Part shown: piece by piece, positions 1 to 13,794 of the stretch
Position numbering within the stretch: position 1 is the stretch's first letter
Layout of the letters: each line of letters begins with the position of its first letter
From: Heterodontus francisci
Taxonomy: Eukaryota
NCBI RefSeq assembly: GCF_036365525.1
Contig: NC_090409.1
Span: forward strand, 39,566,437 to 39,630,436
DNA length: 64,000 nt
Reading direction: 5' to 3'
Made by a program: the position numbers and the translations under genes
Notes under the pieces: generated by a model
The model's input: only the letters and a program-made list of their open reading frames with translations
Told to the model about the DNA's origin: nothing
The model's database searches: none

Positions 1-3000
1 GACTGAACCCCTTTAATACAGGAACCGGACACTGGGTCGATCCGACTGAACCCCTTTAATACAGGAACCGGACACTGGGTCGATCCGACTGAACCCCTTA
101 AATACAGGAGCCAGACTCTGGGTCGATGCGACTGAACCCCTTTAATACAGAAACCGGACTCTGGGTCGATCCGACTGAACCCCTTTAAAACAGGAACCGG
201 ACTCTGGGTCGATCCGACTGAACCCCTTTAATACAGGAACCAGACTCTGGGTCGATCGGACTGAACCCCTTTAATACGGGAACCGGACTCTGGGTCGATC
301 CGACTGAACCCCTTAAATACAGGAACCAGACTCTGGGTCGATCGGACTGAACCCCTTTAATACGGGAACCGGACTCTGGGTCGATCCGACTGAACCCCTT
401 AAATACAGGAACCAGACTCTGGGTCGATCCGACTGAACCCCTTTAATACGGGAACCGGACTCTGAGTCGATCCGACTGAACCCCTTAAATACAGGAACCA
501 GACTCTGGGTCGATCGGACTGAACCCCTTTAATACGGGAACCGGACTCTGGGTCGATCCGACTGAACCCCTTAAATACAGGAACCAGACTCTGGGTCGAT
601 CGGACTGAACCCCTTTAATACGGGAACCGGACTCTGGGTCGATCCGACTGAACCCCTTAAATACAGGAACCAGACTCTGGGTCGATCGGACTGAACCCCT
701 TTAATACGGGAACCGGACTCTGGGTCGACCCGACTGAACCCCTTAAATACAGGAACCAGACTCTGGGTCGATCGGACTGAACCCCTTTAATACGGGAACC
801 GGACTCTGGGTCGATCCGACTGAACCCCTTAAATACAGGAACCAGACTCTGGGTCGATCGGACTGAACCCCTTTAATACGGGAACCGGACTCTGGGTCGA
901 TCGGACTGAACCCCTTTAATACGGGAACCGGACTCTGGGTCGGTCCGACTGAACTCCTTAAATACAGGAACCGGACTCTGGGTCGATCCGACTGAACCCC
1001 TTTAATAAGGGAACCCGACTCTGGGTCGATCCGACTGAACCCCTTTAAAACAGGAACCGGACTCTGGGTCGATCCGACTGAACCCCTTTAAAACAGGAAC
1101 CGGACTCTGGGTCGATCCGACTGAACCCCTTTAATACAGGAACCAGACTCTGGGTCGATCCGACTGAACCCCTTTAATACAGGAACCGGACTCTGGGTCG
1201 ATCCGGCTGAACCCCTTTAATACAGGAACCAGACTCTGGGTCAATCCGGCTGAACCCCTTTAATACAGGAACCGGACTCTGGGTCGATCCGGCTGAACCC
1301 CTTTAATACAGGAACCAGACTCTGGGTCGATCCGGCTGAACCCCTTTAATACAGGAACCGGACTCTGGGTCGATCCGGCTGAACCCCTTTAATACAGGAA
1401 CCGGACTCTGGGTCGATCCGGCTGAACCCCTTTAATACAGGAACCGGACTCTGGGTCGATCCGACTAAACCCCTTAAATACAGGAACCGGACTCTGGGTC
1501 GATCCGACTGAACCCCTTTAATACAGGAACCAGACTCTGGGTCGATCCGGCTGAACCCCTTTAATACAGGAACCGGACTCTGGGTCGATCCGGCTGAACC
1601 CCTTTAATACAGGAACCGGACTCTGGGTCGATCCGACTGAACCCCTTTAATACAGGAACCGGACTCTGGGTCGATCCGACTGAACCCCTTAAATACAGGA
1701 ACCAGACTCTGGGTCGATGCGACTGAACCCCTTTAATACAGAAACCGGACTCTGGGTCGATCCGACTGAACCCCTTTAAAACAGGCACCGGACTCTGGGT
1801 CGATCCGACTGAACCCCTTTAAAACAGGAACCGGACTCTGGGTCGATCCGACTGAACCCCTTTAATACAGGAACCGGACTCTGGGTCGATCCGACTGAAC
1901 CCCTTTAAAACAGGAACCGGACTCTGGGTCGATCCGACTGAACCCCTTAAATACAGGAACCAGACTCTGGGTCGATCTGACTGAACCCCTTTAATACAGG
2001 AACCAGACTCTGGGTCGATCGGACTGAACCCCTTTAATACGGGAACCGGACTCTGGGTCGATCCGACTGAACCCCTTTAATACAGGAACCGGACTCTGGG
2101 TCGATCTGACTGAACCCCTTTAATACGGGAACCGGACTCTCGGTCGATCCGACTGAACCCCTTTAATACAGGAACCGGACTCTGGGTCGATCTGACTGAA
2201 CCCCTTTAATACGGGAACCGGACTCTCGGTCGATCCGACTGAACCCCTTTAATACAGGAACCAGACTCTGGGTCGATCCGACTGAACCCCTTTAATACAG
2301 GAACCGGACTCTGGGTCGATCCGACTGAACCCCTTTAATACGGGAACCGGACTCTGGGTCGATCCGACTGAACCCCTTTAATACGGGAACCGGACTCTGG
2401 GTCGATCCGACTGAACCCCTTTAATACGGGAACCGGACTCTGGGTCGATCCGACTGAACCCCTTTAATACGGGAACCAGACTCTGGGTCGATCCGACTGA
2501 ACCCCTTCAATACGGGAACCGGACTCTGGGTCGATCTGACTGAACCCCTTTAATACAGGAACCGGACTCTGGGTCGATCCGACTGAACCCCTTTAATACA
2601 GGAACCGGACTCTGGGTCGATCCGACTGAACCCCTTTAATACAGGAACCGGACTCTGGGTCGATCCGACTGAACCCCTTTAATACAGGAACCGGACTCTG
2701 GGTCGATCCGACTGAACCCCTTTAATACGGGAACCGGACTCTGGGTCGATCCGACTGAACCCCTTTAATACGGGAACCAGACTCTGGGTCGATCCGACTG
2801 AACCCCTTCAATACGGGAACCGGACTCTGGGTCGATCTGACTGAACCCCTTTAATACAGGAACCGGACTCTGGGTCGATCCGACTGAACCCCTTTAATAC
2901 AGGAACCGGACTCTGGGTCGATCCGACTGAACCCCTTTAATACAGGAACCGGACTCTGGGTCGATCCGACTGAACCCCTTTAATACAGGAACCGGACTCT

Positions 3001-5984
3001 GGGTCGATCCGACTGAACCCCTTTAATACGGGAACCGGACTCTGGGTCGATCCGACTGTACCCCTTTAATACGGGAACCGGACTCTGGGTCGATCCGACT
3101 GAACCCCTTTAATACAGGAACCGGACTCTGGGTCGATCCGACTGAACTCCTTTAATACGGGAACCGGACTCTGGGTCGATCCGACTGAACCCCTTTAATA
3201 CAGGAACAGGACTCTGGGTCGATCCGACTGAACCCCTTTAATACGGGAACCAGACTCTGGGTCGATCCGACTGAACCCCTTCAATACGGGAACCGGACTC
3301 TGGGTCGATCTGACTGAACCCCTTTAATACAGGAACCGGACTCTGGGTCGATCCGACTGAACCCCTTTAATACAGGAACCGGACTCTGGGTCGATCCGAC
3401 TGAACCCCTTTAATACAGGAACCGGACTCTGGGTCGATCCGACTGAACCCCTTTAATACAGGAACCGGACTCTGGGTCGATCCGACTGAACCCCTTTAAT
3501 ACGGGAACCGGACTCTGGGTCGATCCGACTGAACCCCTTTAATACGGGAACCAGACTCTGGGTCGATCCGACTGAACCCCTTCAATACGGGAACCGGACT
3601 CTGGGTCGATCTGACTGAACCCCTTTAATACAGGAACCGGACTCTGGGTCGATCGGACTGAACCCCTTTAATACGGGAACCGGACTCTCGGTCGATCCGA
3701 CTGAACCCCTTTAATACAGGAACCGGACTCTGGGTCGATCCGACTGAACCCCTTTAATACAGGAACCAGACTCTGGGTCAATCAGACTGAACCCCTTTAA
3801 TACAGGAACCAGACTCTGGGTCGATCCGACTGAACCCCTTTAATACAGGAACCGGACTCTGGGTCGATCCGACTGAACCCCTTTAATACAGGAACCGGAC
3901 TCTTGGTCGATCCGACTGAACCCCTTTAATACAGGAACCGGACTCTGGGTCGATCCGACTGAACCCCTTTAATACGGGAACCGAACTCTGGGTCGATCCG
4001 ACTGAACTCCTTTAATACAGGAACCAGACTCTGGGTCGATCCGACTGAACCCCTTTAATACAGGAACCGGACTCTGGGTCGAACCGACTGAACCCCTTTA
4101 ATACAGGAACCGGACTCTGGGTCGATCCGACTGAACCCCTTTAATACGGGAACCAGACTCTGGGTCGATCCGACTGAACCCCTTTAATACGGGAACCGGA
4201 CTCTGGGTCGATCCGACTGAACCCCTTTAATACAGGAACCGGACTCTGGCTCGATCCGACTGAACCCCTTTAATACAGGAACCGGACACTGGGTCGATCC
4301 GACTGAACCCCTTTAATACAGGAACCAGACTCTGGGTCGATCCGACTGAACCCCTTTAATACAGGAACCCGACACTGGGTCGATCCGACTGAACCCCTTT
4401 AATACAGGAACCGGACTCTGGGTCGATCCGACTGAACCCCTTTAATACAGGAACCGGACTCTGGGTCGATCTGACTGAACCCCTTCAATACAGGAACCGG
4501 ACTCTGGGTCAATCCGACTGAACCCCTTTAATACAGGAACCGGACTCTGGGTCGATCCGACTGAACCCCTTTCATACAGGAACCGGACTCTGGGTCGATC
4601 TGACTGAACCCCTTCAATACAGGAACCAGACTCTGGGTCGATCCGACTGAACCCCTTTAATACAGGAACCGGACTCTGGGTCGATCCGACTGAACCCCTT
4701 TAATACAGGAACCGGACTCTGGGTCGATCCGACTGAACCCCTTTAATACAGGAACCGGACTCTGGGTCGATCCGACTGAACCCCTTTAATACAGGAACCG
4801 GACTCTGGGTCGATCCGACTGAACCCCTTTAATACGGGAACCGGACTCTGGGTCGATCCGACTGAACCCCTTTAATACAGGAACCAGACTCTGGGTCGAT
4901 CCGACTGAACCCCTTTAATACAGGAACCGGACTCTGGGTCGATCCGACTGACCCCTTCAATACAGGAACCGGACTCTGGGTCGATCCGACTGAACCCCTT
5001 TAATACAGGAACCAGACTCCGGGTCGATCCGACTGACCCCTTCAATACAGGAACCGGACTCTGGGTCGATCCGACTGAACCCCTTTAATACAGGAACCGG
5101 ACACTGGGTCGATCCGACTGAACCCCTTTAATACAGGAACCGGACTCTGGGTCGATCCGACTGAACCCCTTTAATACAGGAACCGGACTCTGGGTCGATC
5201 CGACTGAACCCCTTTAATACAGGAACCGGACTCTGGGTCGATCCGACTGAACCCCTTTAATACAGGAACCGGACACTGGGTCGATCCGACTGAACCCCTT
5301 TAATACAGGAACCGGACTCTGGGTCGATCCGACTGAACCCCTTTAATACAGGAACCGGACTCTGGGTCGATCCAGCTGAACCCCTTTAATACGGAAACCG
5401 GACTCTGGGTCGATCCGACTGAACCCCTTTAATACAGGAACCGGACACTGGGTCGATCCGACTGAACCCCTTTAATACAGGAACCGGACTCTGGGTCGAT
5501 CCGACTGAACCCCTTTAATACAGGAACCGGACACTGGGTCGATCCGACTGAACCCCTTCAATACAGGAACTGGACTCTGGGTCGATTCGACTGAACCCCT
5601 TTAATACGGGAACCGGACTCTGGGTCGATCCGACTGAACCCCTTTAATACAGGAACCGGACTCTGGGTCGATCCGACTGAACCCCTTTAATACAGGAACC
5701 GGACACTGGGTCGATCCGACTGAACCCCTTTAATACGGGAACCGGACTCTGGGTCGATCCGACTGAACCCCTTTAATACGGGAACCAGACTCTGGGTCGA
5801 TCCGACTGAACCCCTTTAATACGGGAACCGGACTCTGGGTCGATCCGACTGAACCCCTTTAATAAGGGAACCGGACTCTGGGTCGATCCGACTGAACCCC
5901 TTCAATACGGGAACCGGACTCTGGTTCGATCCGACTGAACCCCTTTAATACAGGAACCGGACTCCGGGTCGATCCGGCTGAACC
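1..5984. repeat. 43-bp tandem satellite (GACTGAACCCCTTTAATACAGGAACCGGACTCTGGGTCGATCC)n, about 139 units, running off the window start
   Basis: The unit recurs every 43 nt (1, 44, ...) with only point variants. ORFs 1561-1788 and 5859-6056 are its translation. Confidence 0.98.
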
Positions 5985-7296
5985 GCTGTATTTCTGCGGG
6001 AGAATTATCATCCCTTCATTATTCTTGGTATGAACACCATATCCCAGCCCCTCCAATGACCCTGTGGCTAAAGGACCATTTGGTGCCCAAAGGGAAAAGA
6101 TCCCTCAGCCAGAGCAGCAGCTAATATTGATCTCAGTGCTCTGAGTGAGAGAGGGGAATGAGTGGCTGGTGTTCCTCTCCTGATCCTTGTCTGGAAACTC
6201 CTGCTGGACATCAGGATTAGGCTGAGATGCAATGTTAAATAAGCTGCTGAATCTAAAGGAGTTGTTTAACAAGGCTCTGTTCCCAGCATCGAGCCTTCCT
6301 ACACAGTGAATGTAGCAACAGAGAAAGGGCCACAACACAGCAGGTCAAATGTTCCAACCCTCACCTAGGTGAGTCCTTCCTGGTTTATTTATCAATTTTT
6401 AGTATTTAACCAATACACAAAACAGATTATCTGGTCACTTATCTCTCTGCTACTTGTGGGAACTTGCTGTGTGTAAATTGGTGAGAAAGACACTGTATAA
6501 ATGGGAGAAACTGAAACTGGAATTTACCTTTCGGAGATACTTTGAACTGTTGGTTGGGGCTCTCTCCTCATGTTGCTCTGATTTGGAACATGTTTGACTG
6601 TCCCTGTAGCCTCAAGACACATGACTTTTCATGGAATCCATACTTCAGGATAAACTAGATCTTCCTCATTGTTGCGAGTGAGTTTACTTCAGTACCCAGG
6701 ACACATTGATCACTCCATTTAGTTGCTATTGGCCTTGTTTCAGTATCTGAGACACATTGAATGTCCTCATGGCTGTGGCTTTTTCACCTCTACTATAATC
6801 CCCACTTGTTACCTCTACCCCGGTGAGCAGAGGTGAGAATTCCAGTCTCTGAATACTGGGTTCACATCCAGCAGGGAACTGGTACCCGATGGGAGCGGAG
6901 AGTCAACCCACCACCCATTGTATCTATTCGGACCCTCCTGGTAGGGCGTTGTTAGTCAGGATAAGGACCTGTCCATATAAAGAAAGAGTCTTCCTTATGG
7001 AGCACAATCTACTGGGTGTAAAAGCAGTGGAAGGAATCAGCTGCCTCATTTTAAAATGATATATTAATTCCTGAGATGTGGGTGTCACTGACAAGGCTGG
7101 TATTTATTGTCCATCCAGAGATGCCCCTTGTGAAGGTGGTGCTGGGTCTTCTTCAACCGTTTCAGTCCCGTGTGGTGAAGGTGCTCCCGCGGTGCCGTTA
7201 GGGAGGGAGATCCAGGATTTTGACCCAGTGACGATGAAGGAACGGCCGATATATCTCCAAGTTGGGACGGTGTGTGTGTGTGACTCGGATGGGAAC

Positions 7297-10157
7297 ATGG
7301 ATGCGAGAAGTATCACAGGTAAGGCAGATGAACTTAGAGCTTGGATTAGTACTTGGAAATATGATGTTGTTGCTATTACAGAGACTTGGTTGAGGGAAGG
7401 GCAGGATTGGCAGCTAAATGTTCCAGCCTTTAGAAGCTTCAGGCGCGATAGAGGGGGATGTTAAAGGGGTTGGGGAGTTGCATTACTGGTTAACTAGAAT
7501 ATCACAGCTGTACTGCGGGAGGACACCTCGGAGGGGTCATGTAGCGAGTCAATATGGGTAGAGCTCAGGAATAGGAAGGGTGCAGTGACGATGTTGGGGG
7601 TTTACTACAGGCCTCCCAACAGCCAGCGGGAGGTAGAGGAGAAGATATGTAGACAGATTTTGGAAAGATGTAAAGGTAACAGGGTTGTGGTGGTGGGTGA
7701 TTTTAACTTCCCCTATATTGACTGGGGCTCACTTAGTGCTAGGGGCTTGGATGGGGCAGAATTTGTGAGGAGCATCCAGGAGGGCTTCTTGAAACAATAT
7801 GTAGATAGTCCAACCAGGGATGGGGCCATTCTGGACCTGGTATTGGGGAATGAGCCCGGCCAGGTGGTTTAAGTTTTAGTGGGGGAGCATTTCGGGAGCA
7901 GTGACCATAATTCCATAAGTTTTAAGGTACTTGTGGATAAGGATAAGAGTAGTCCTCGGGTGCAGGTGCTAAATTGGGGGAAGGCTAATTATTACAATAT
8001 TAGGCAGGAACTGAAGAATTTAGATTGGGGGCGGCTGTTTGAGGGTAAATCAACATCTGACATGTGGGAGTCTTTCAAATGTCAGCTGATTAGAATCCAG
8101 GACCAGAATGTTCCTGTGAGGAAGACAGACAAGTTTGGCAAGTTTCGGGAAGCTTGGATAACACGGGATATTGTCAGCCTAGTCAAAAAGAAAAAGGAAG
8201 CATTTGTAAGGGCTGGAAGGCTAGGAACAGACGAAGCACTTGAGGAATATAAAGACAGTAGGAAGGAACTTAAGCAAGGAGTTAGGAGGGCTAAAAGGGG
8301 TCATGAAAAGTCATTGGCAAACAGGATTAAGGAGAATCCCAAGGCTTTTTATACATATATAAAGAGCAGGAGGGTAACCAGGGAAAGGGTTGGCCCACTC
8401 AAGGACAGAGATGGGAATCTATGTGTGGAGCCAGAAGAAATGGGTGAGGTGCTAAATAAGTACTTTGCATCAGTATTCACCAAAGAGAAGGACTTGGTGG
8501 ATGATGAGCCTAGGGAAGGGAGTGCAGACAGTCTCAGTCATCTCATTATCAAAAAGGAGGAGGTTTTGGGTGTCTTGCAAAGCATTAAGGTGGATAAGTC
8601 CCCTGGAACAACGCGAGAATATGAGGGAGGCAAGGGAAGAAATTGCTGGGGCCTTGACAGAAATCTTTGCATCCTCATTGGCTACAGGTGAGGTCCCAGA
8701 GGACTGGAGAATAGTCAATGTTGTTCCTTTGTTTAAGAAGGGTGGCAAGGATAATCCAGGAAATTATAGGCCAGTGAGCCTTACGTCAGTGGTAGGGGAA
8801 CTATTGGAGAGGATTATTCGGGACAGGATTTACTCCCATTTGGAAACAAACAAACTTATTAGCGAGAGGCAGCATGGTTTTGTGAAGGGGAGGTCGTGTC
8901 TTACTAATTTGATTGAGTTTTTTGAGGAAGTGACGAAGATGATTGATGAGGGAAGGGCGGTGGATGTTGTCTATATGGACTTTAGTAAAGCCTTTGACAA
9001 GGTCCCACATGGCAGACTGGTACAAAAGGTGAAGTCACGCGGGATCAGAGGTGAGCTGGCAAGATGGATACAGAACTGGCTCGGTCATAGAAGACAGAGG
9101 GTATCAGTGGATGGGTGTTTTTCTGAATGGAGGGATGTGACTAGTGGTGTTCCGCAGGGATCAGTGCTGGGACCTTTGCTGTTTGTAGTATATATAAATG
9201 ATTTGGAGGAAAATGTAGCTGGTCTGATTAGTAAGTTTGCGGACGACACAAAGGTTGGTGGAGTTGCCGATAACGATGAGGATTGTCAGAGGATACAGCA
9301 GGATATAGATCGGTTGGAGACTTGGGCAGAGAAATGGCAGATGGAGTTTAATCCGGACAAATGTGAAGTAATGCATTTTGGAAGGACTAATGCAGGTGGG
9401 AGGTATACAATAAATGGCAGAACCCTTAGGAGTATTGACAGACAGAGAGATCTGGGCGTACATGTCCACAGGTCACTGAAAGTGGCAACGCAGGTGGGTA
9501 AGGTAGTCAAGAAGGCATACGGCATGCTTGCCTTCATCTGTTGGGGCATAGAGTATAAAAATTGGCAAGTCATGCTGCAGCTGTACAGAACCTTAGTTAG
9601 CTCACACTTATAATATTGCGTGCAATTCTGGTCGCCACACTACCAGAAGGACGTGGAGGCTTTGGAGAGGGTACAGAGGAGGTTTACCAGGATGTTGCCT
9701 GGTCTGGAGGGCATTAGCTATGAGGAGAGGTTGGGAAAACTCAGATTGTTTTCACTGGAACGACGGGGGTGGAGGGGCGACATGATAGAGGTTTACAAAG
9801 TTATGAGCGGCATGGACAGAGTGGATAGTCAGAAGCTTTTCCCAGGGTGGAAGAGTCAGTTACGAGGGGACATAGGTTGAAGGTGCGAGGGGCAAAGTTT
9901 AGAGGGGATGTGTGAGGCAAGTTTTTTTTTTACACAGAGGGTGGCGAGTGCCTGAAACTTGCTGCCAGGGGAGGTGGTGGAAGCAGATACGATAGCGACG
10001 TTTAAGAGACATCTTGACAAATACATGAATAGGAAGGGAATAGAGGGATACGGACCCCGGAAGTGCAGAAAGTGTTAGTTTAGGCAGGCATCAAGATCGG
10101 CGCAGGCTTGGAGGGCCGAATGGCCTGTTCCTGTGCTGTACTGTTCTTTGTTCTTTG
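7297..10157 (+). mobile_element. CR1 LINE, 5'-truncated ORF2 (APE endonuclease + RT) with stops and frameshifts, nested in a minus-strand LINE tail
   Basis: Motifs DVVAITETW, GVYYRPPN, VGDFN, NYRPVSLTS, QHGF, GVPQGSVLGP, KFADD. The 3' end is gggccgaatggcctg followed by a short repeat tail. Flanks 7060-7296 and 10158-10230 are two halves of one older element. Confidence 0.95.
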
Positions 10158-10725
10158 TGTTCCCATGCTCCTGCTGCCCTTGTCCTTCTAGGGGAGGCGG
10201 GAGGTTGTGGGTTTGTGAGGTTTTGTTGAAGAATGTGGGACTGGGAACAGAAGAGAAAGAAGACTTGTTATCCTCCTTGTCCTGTCACCCTCCTCTAGGA
10301 AACCTCAATTTCAGACACCTTCTACTAGCCTGTTTTCCTCATCAGCTACTACCTGATGCCTCCCCCAGAATTCCCCCTGTCCAGGGGCACCTGAACCAAT
10401 CGAAAAATGGCAAACAGTGGAAGTGAGGAGGGTTCCGGCTGGCCAGAGGGATTTGATACATCACTGGCACCACACATCACAGGGCACCTGGTGACTGCAG
10501 AATGGTCTGGAGTCACTGGCCTCAGGAAAAGCTGTCACTCAAAAAAATTTGTTTGTTTAATGTTTATTGGGAAATTTAAAGTATGTATAATCACAAAATT
10601 GTTTTAAAATGGGATTTGGGGAATTGTTTCCCGAGGATGAGGTGTTGAAGAACAAGTCTGGATCCCTGGGATATTTTTTAGCTGCTGTTGTATCTTGATG
10701 TGTGAACAGTATTCCAGTGTTCCTG

Positions 10726-12117
10726 TATCCAACCCGGCCAACTACCGCCCCAATAGCCTACTCTCAATAATCAGTAAAGTGATGGAAGGTGTCATCACCA
10801 GTGCCATCAAGCGGCACTTGCTTAGCAATAACCTGCTCAGTGATGCTCAGTTTGGGTTCTGCCAGGGCCACTCAGCTCCTGACCTCATTACAGCCTTGGT
10901 TCAAACATGGACAAAAGAGCTGAACTCAAGAGGTGAGGTGAGAATGACTGCCCTTGATATCAAGGCAGCACTTGACCGAGTATGGCATCAAGGAGCCCTA
11001 GCAAAACTGAGGTCAATGGGAATCAGGGGGAAAACCCTCTGCTGGCTGGAGTCATACCTAGCGCAAAGGAAGATGGTTGTGGTTGTTGGAGGTCAATCAT
11101 TTGAGCTCCAGGACATCACTGCAGGAGTTCCTCAGGATAGTGTCCTAGGCCCAACCATCTTCAGCTGCTTCATCAATGACCTTCCTTCAATCATAAGGTC
11201 AGAAGTGGGGATGTTCGCTGATGATTGCACAATGTTCAACACCATTCATGACTCCTCAGATACTGAAGCAGTCCGTGTAGAAATGCAGCAAGACCTGGAC
11301 AATATCCAGGCTTGGGCTGTTAAGTGGCAAGTAACATTCGCGCCACACAAGTGTCAGGCAATGACCATCTCCAACAAGAGAGAATCTAACCATCTCCCCT
11401 TGACATTCAACGGCATGACCATCGCTGAATCCCCCACTTTCAACATCCTAGGGGCTACCATTGACCAGAAACTGAACTGGAGTAGCCATATAAATACCGT
11501 GGCTACAAGAGCAGGTCAGAAGCTAGGAATCCTGAGGCGAGTAACTCACCTCCTGACTCCCCAAAGCCTGTCCACCATCTACAAGGCACAAGTCAGGAGT
11601 GTGATGGAATACTCTCCACTTGCCTGGATGGGTGCAGCTCCAACAACACTCAAGAAGCTCGACACCATCCAGGACAAAGCAGCCCGCTTGACTGTCACCT
11701 CATGTACAAACATTCACTCCCTCCACCACCGACGCACAGTGGCAGCAGTGTGTACCATCTACAAGATGCACTGCAGCAACGCACCAAAGCTCCTTAGACA
11801 GCACCTTCCAAACACGCAACCTCTACCAACTAGAAGGACAAGGGCAGCAAATACATGGGAACACCACCACCTGCGAGTTCCCCTCCAAGTCACACACCAT
11901 CCTGACTTGGAACTATATCACCATTCCTTCACTGTCGCTGGGTCAAAATCCTGGAACTCCCTTCCCAACAGCACTGTGAGTGTACCTACCCCACATGGAC
12001 TGCAGCGGTTCAAGAAGGCAGCTCACCACCACCTTCTCAAGGGCAATTAGGGATGGGCAATAAATGCTGGCCTGGTCAGTGATGCCCACATCCCACGAAC
12101 AAATCTAAAAAAAAAAT
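10726..12117 (+). mobile_element. 5'-truncated LINE (CR1/L2-group RT) with open RT frame and A-tail, abutting the 3' UTR of gene A
   Basis: ORF 10695-12050 contains NYRP, QFGF, GVPQDSVLGP, MFADD. AATAAA and an A-run mark the 3' end. The element is absent at the equivalent position of copy B (about 53250). Confidence 0.93.
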
Positions 12118-12291
12118 AACCACAATACTGGGCTGATTTTCCCCTCCCTGACCCAGGCTCAGTGCAGTGTAAACTCAGTTAGTGCTGGACAGCCCCGTTC
12201 CCCAGAAGGTTTTGTTCTCCAGCTGCTCCATTCTGATGCTCAGGTGCTGTTGTCACAAGGTCCCGGGTTTCACCTGAACAAGTCACCCCTG

Positions 12292-12352
12292 TCAAAGGAC
12301 ATCATTCGATGCTGCATTTTGATTGATGCTGTATCGATTTTGAACACAATTC
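12292..12352 (-). CDS. Gene A exon 6: short cytoplasmic tail (W)NCVQNRYSINQNAASNDVL*
   Basis: Acceptor ttttttctctcccag, phase 2 matching the TM exon. Homologous to copy B 53313-53487, but a 1-nt deletion gives TGA at 12294-12292. Confidence 0.7.
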
Positions 12353-12796
12353 CTGGGAGAGAAAAAAACAGCAGAGTTCAGGTTACATTAAAAGAATCCA
12401 ACACTTTGTACAAGTGTGTAAAGGAGCTGTTCAGGAACACAGACCGATTAAATTACACTCAACATCCTGGGCACCAATGGCAGCTGGAAAATGGGTCACA
12501 GGAGCTGCACAGTGATGGAGCACAGAGTGTAGAGGAGAGGAGGCTTATAGAGGAGGCAATGGGCAAGAGCTGGACACTCCACAGGACCTGTGCTGACCGA
12601 GGCACCAGACCAATAGAAAAATGACAGCTCACCTCAACATTGGAGATTAAGAAGAATTGATGAGGATCTCGGTTAACACTGAGCTGAAGATGATGGGGAT
12701 CAGATCAGACAGGAGGAGGCTGGGAATGTCCGTACTCTCCAGACTGATCCTGAATTATAGAGAGGAGTCACAGATGGACAGGATATTCCCTGATGT

Positions 12797-13153
12797 TAAG
12801 TTCAGTTCAGTTCAGTGATACAGCACTGAAACAGGCCCTTCGGCCCACCGAGTCTGTGCCGACCATCAACCACCCATTTATACTAATCCTACAGTAATTC
12901 CATATTCCTACCACATCCCCACCTGTCCCTATATTTCCCTACCACCTACCTATACTCGGGGCAATTACTAATGGCCAATTTACCTATCAACCTGCAAGTC
13001 TTTGGCATGTGGGAGGAAACCGGAGCACCCGGAGGAAACCCACGCAGACACAGGGAGAACATGCAAACTCCACACAGGCAGTACCCAGAATTAAACCAGG
13101 GTCGCTAGAGCTGTGAGGCTGCGGTGCTAACCACTGCGCCACTGTGCTGCCCC
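12797..13153 (-). mobile_element. tRNA-derived V-SINE (HE1-like) with CR1-derived tail, specific to copy A intron 5
   Basis: The minus strand has a tRNA-like head, V-core ggagtttgcatgttctccc...gggtttcctccgggtgctccggtttcctccc, and a (tgaac)n tail. The empty site is present in copy B near 53925. Confidence 0.9.
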
Positions 13154-13794
13154 TGTGATCAAACCCGACCCAGCAGTGACCAAACAGGCTGACGGAGGCA
13201 GAAATATCGAAATGGGCGAGAGTCAGTGATCAGAGTTAGAGAGTCTGCAATAGTTCCCCCTCCCCACTGGCAGGTGGGTAAGAGGTGGGCAGGGAGATGT
13301 GGATGTTGAGGGAGACAGAGAAATGCAGCATATCCTTGTTAGTGATCAAAACCACAGATGGCCGGGTCACAGGGGGTGGTTTGAAAAATGTAACCACAAA
13401 TAGAGATTGAACAACAACATGCATTTATATAGCTCCTTTATCATCCCAAGGTGCTTCACAGGAGCAATTATCAAACAGAATGTGTGCACTGAGATATTAG
13501 GGCTGGTGATGTAGGTTTTCAGGCGGGTCTGAAAGGAGGAGGGACAGAGAGGGACAGAGAGGTTTATTGATGGAATTCTAGAACCCAGGACTCAGGCAGC
13601 TAAAGGCACAGCCGCCAATGGTGGAGTGATGGAAATCAGGGGGGGTGCACAAGAGGCCAGAATTGGAGCAGCACAGAGATCAGGGAGGAGATTAGAGATA
13701 GGGAGGGGTGAGGCAATAGAGGGATTTGAACAGGAGGATGAATGTAGGTCAGTGAGAACAGGGGTGATAGGGGAACGGCTGCTCCCTATCCACC

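Noticed and set aside
1-5984. CRISPR array or RNA-gene array
   Set aside because: Head-to-tail units with no unique spacers, vertebrate context, and no tRNA, snRNA or ribozyme core found.
12244-12624. Plus-strand ORFs shared by both duplicates (also 14269-14655, 16292-16474, 53540-53758, 58016-58198)
   Set aside because: Antisense or intronic frames shared only because the duplication is recent; no domain features.
12633-12749. 117-nt AG/GT-bounded segment conserved in both copies as an extra tail exon
   Set aside because: Contains a TAA in the phase set by the TM exon, and its conservation is no greater than the surrounding intron. At most a minor alternative exon.
13080-13153. tRNA gene
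   Set aside because: tRNA-derived SINE head without a complete cloverleaf, continuous with the V-SINE core.
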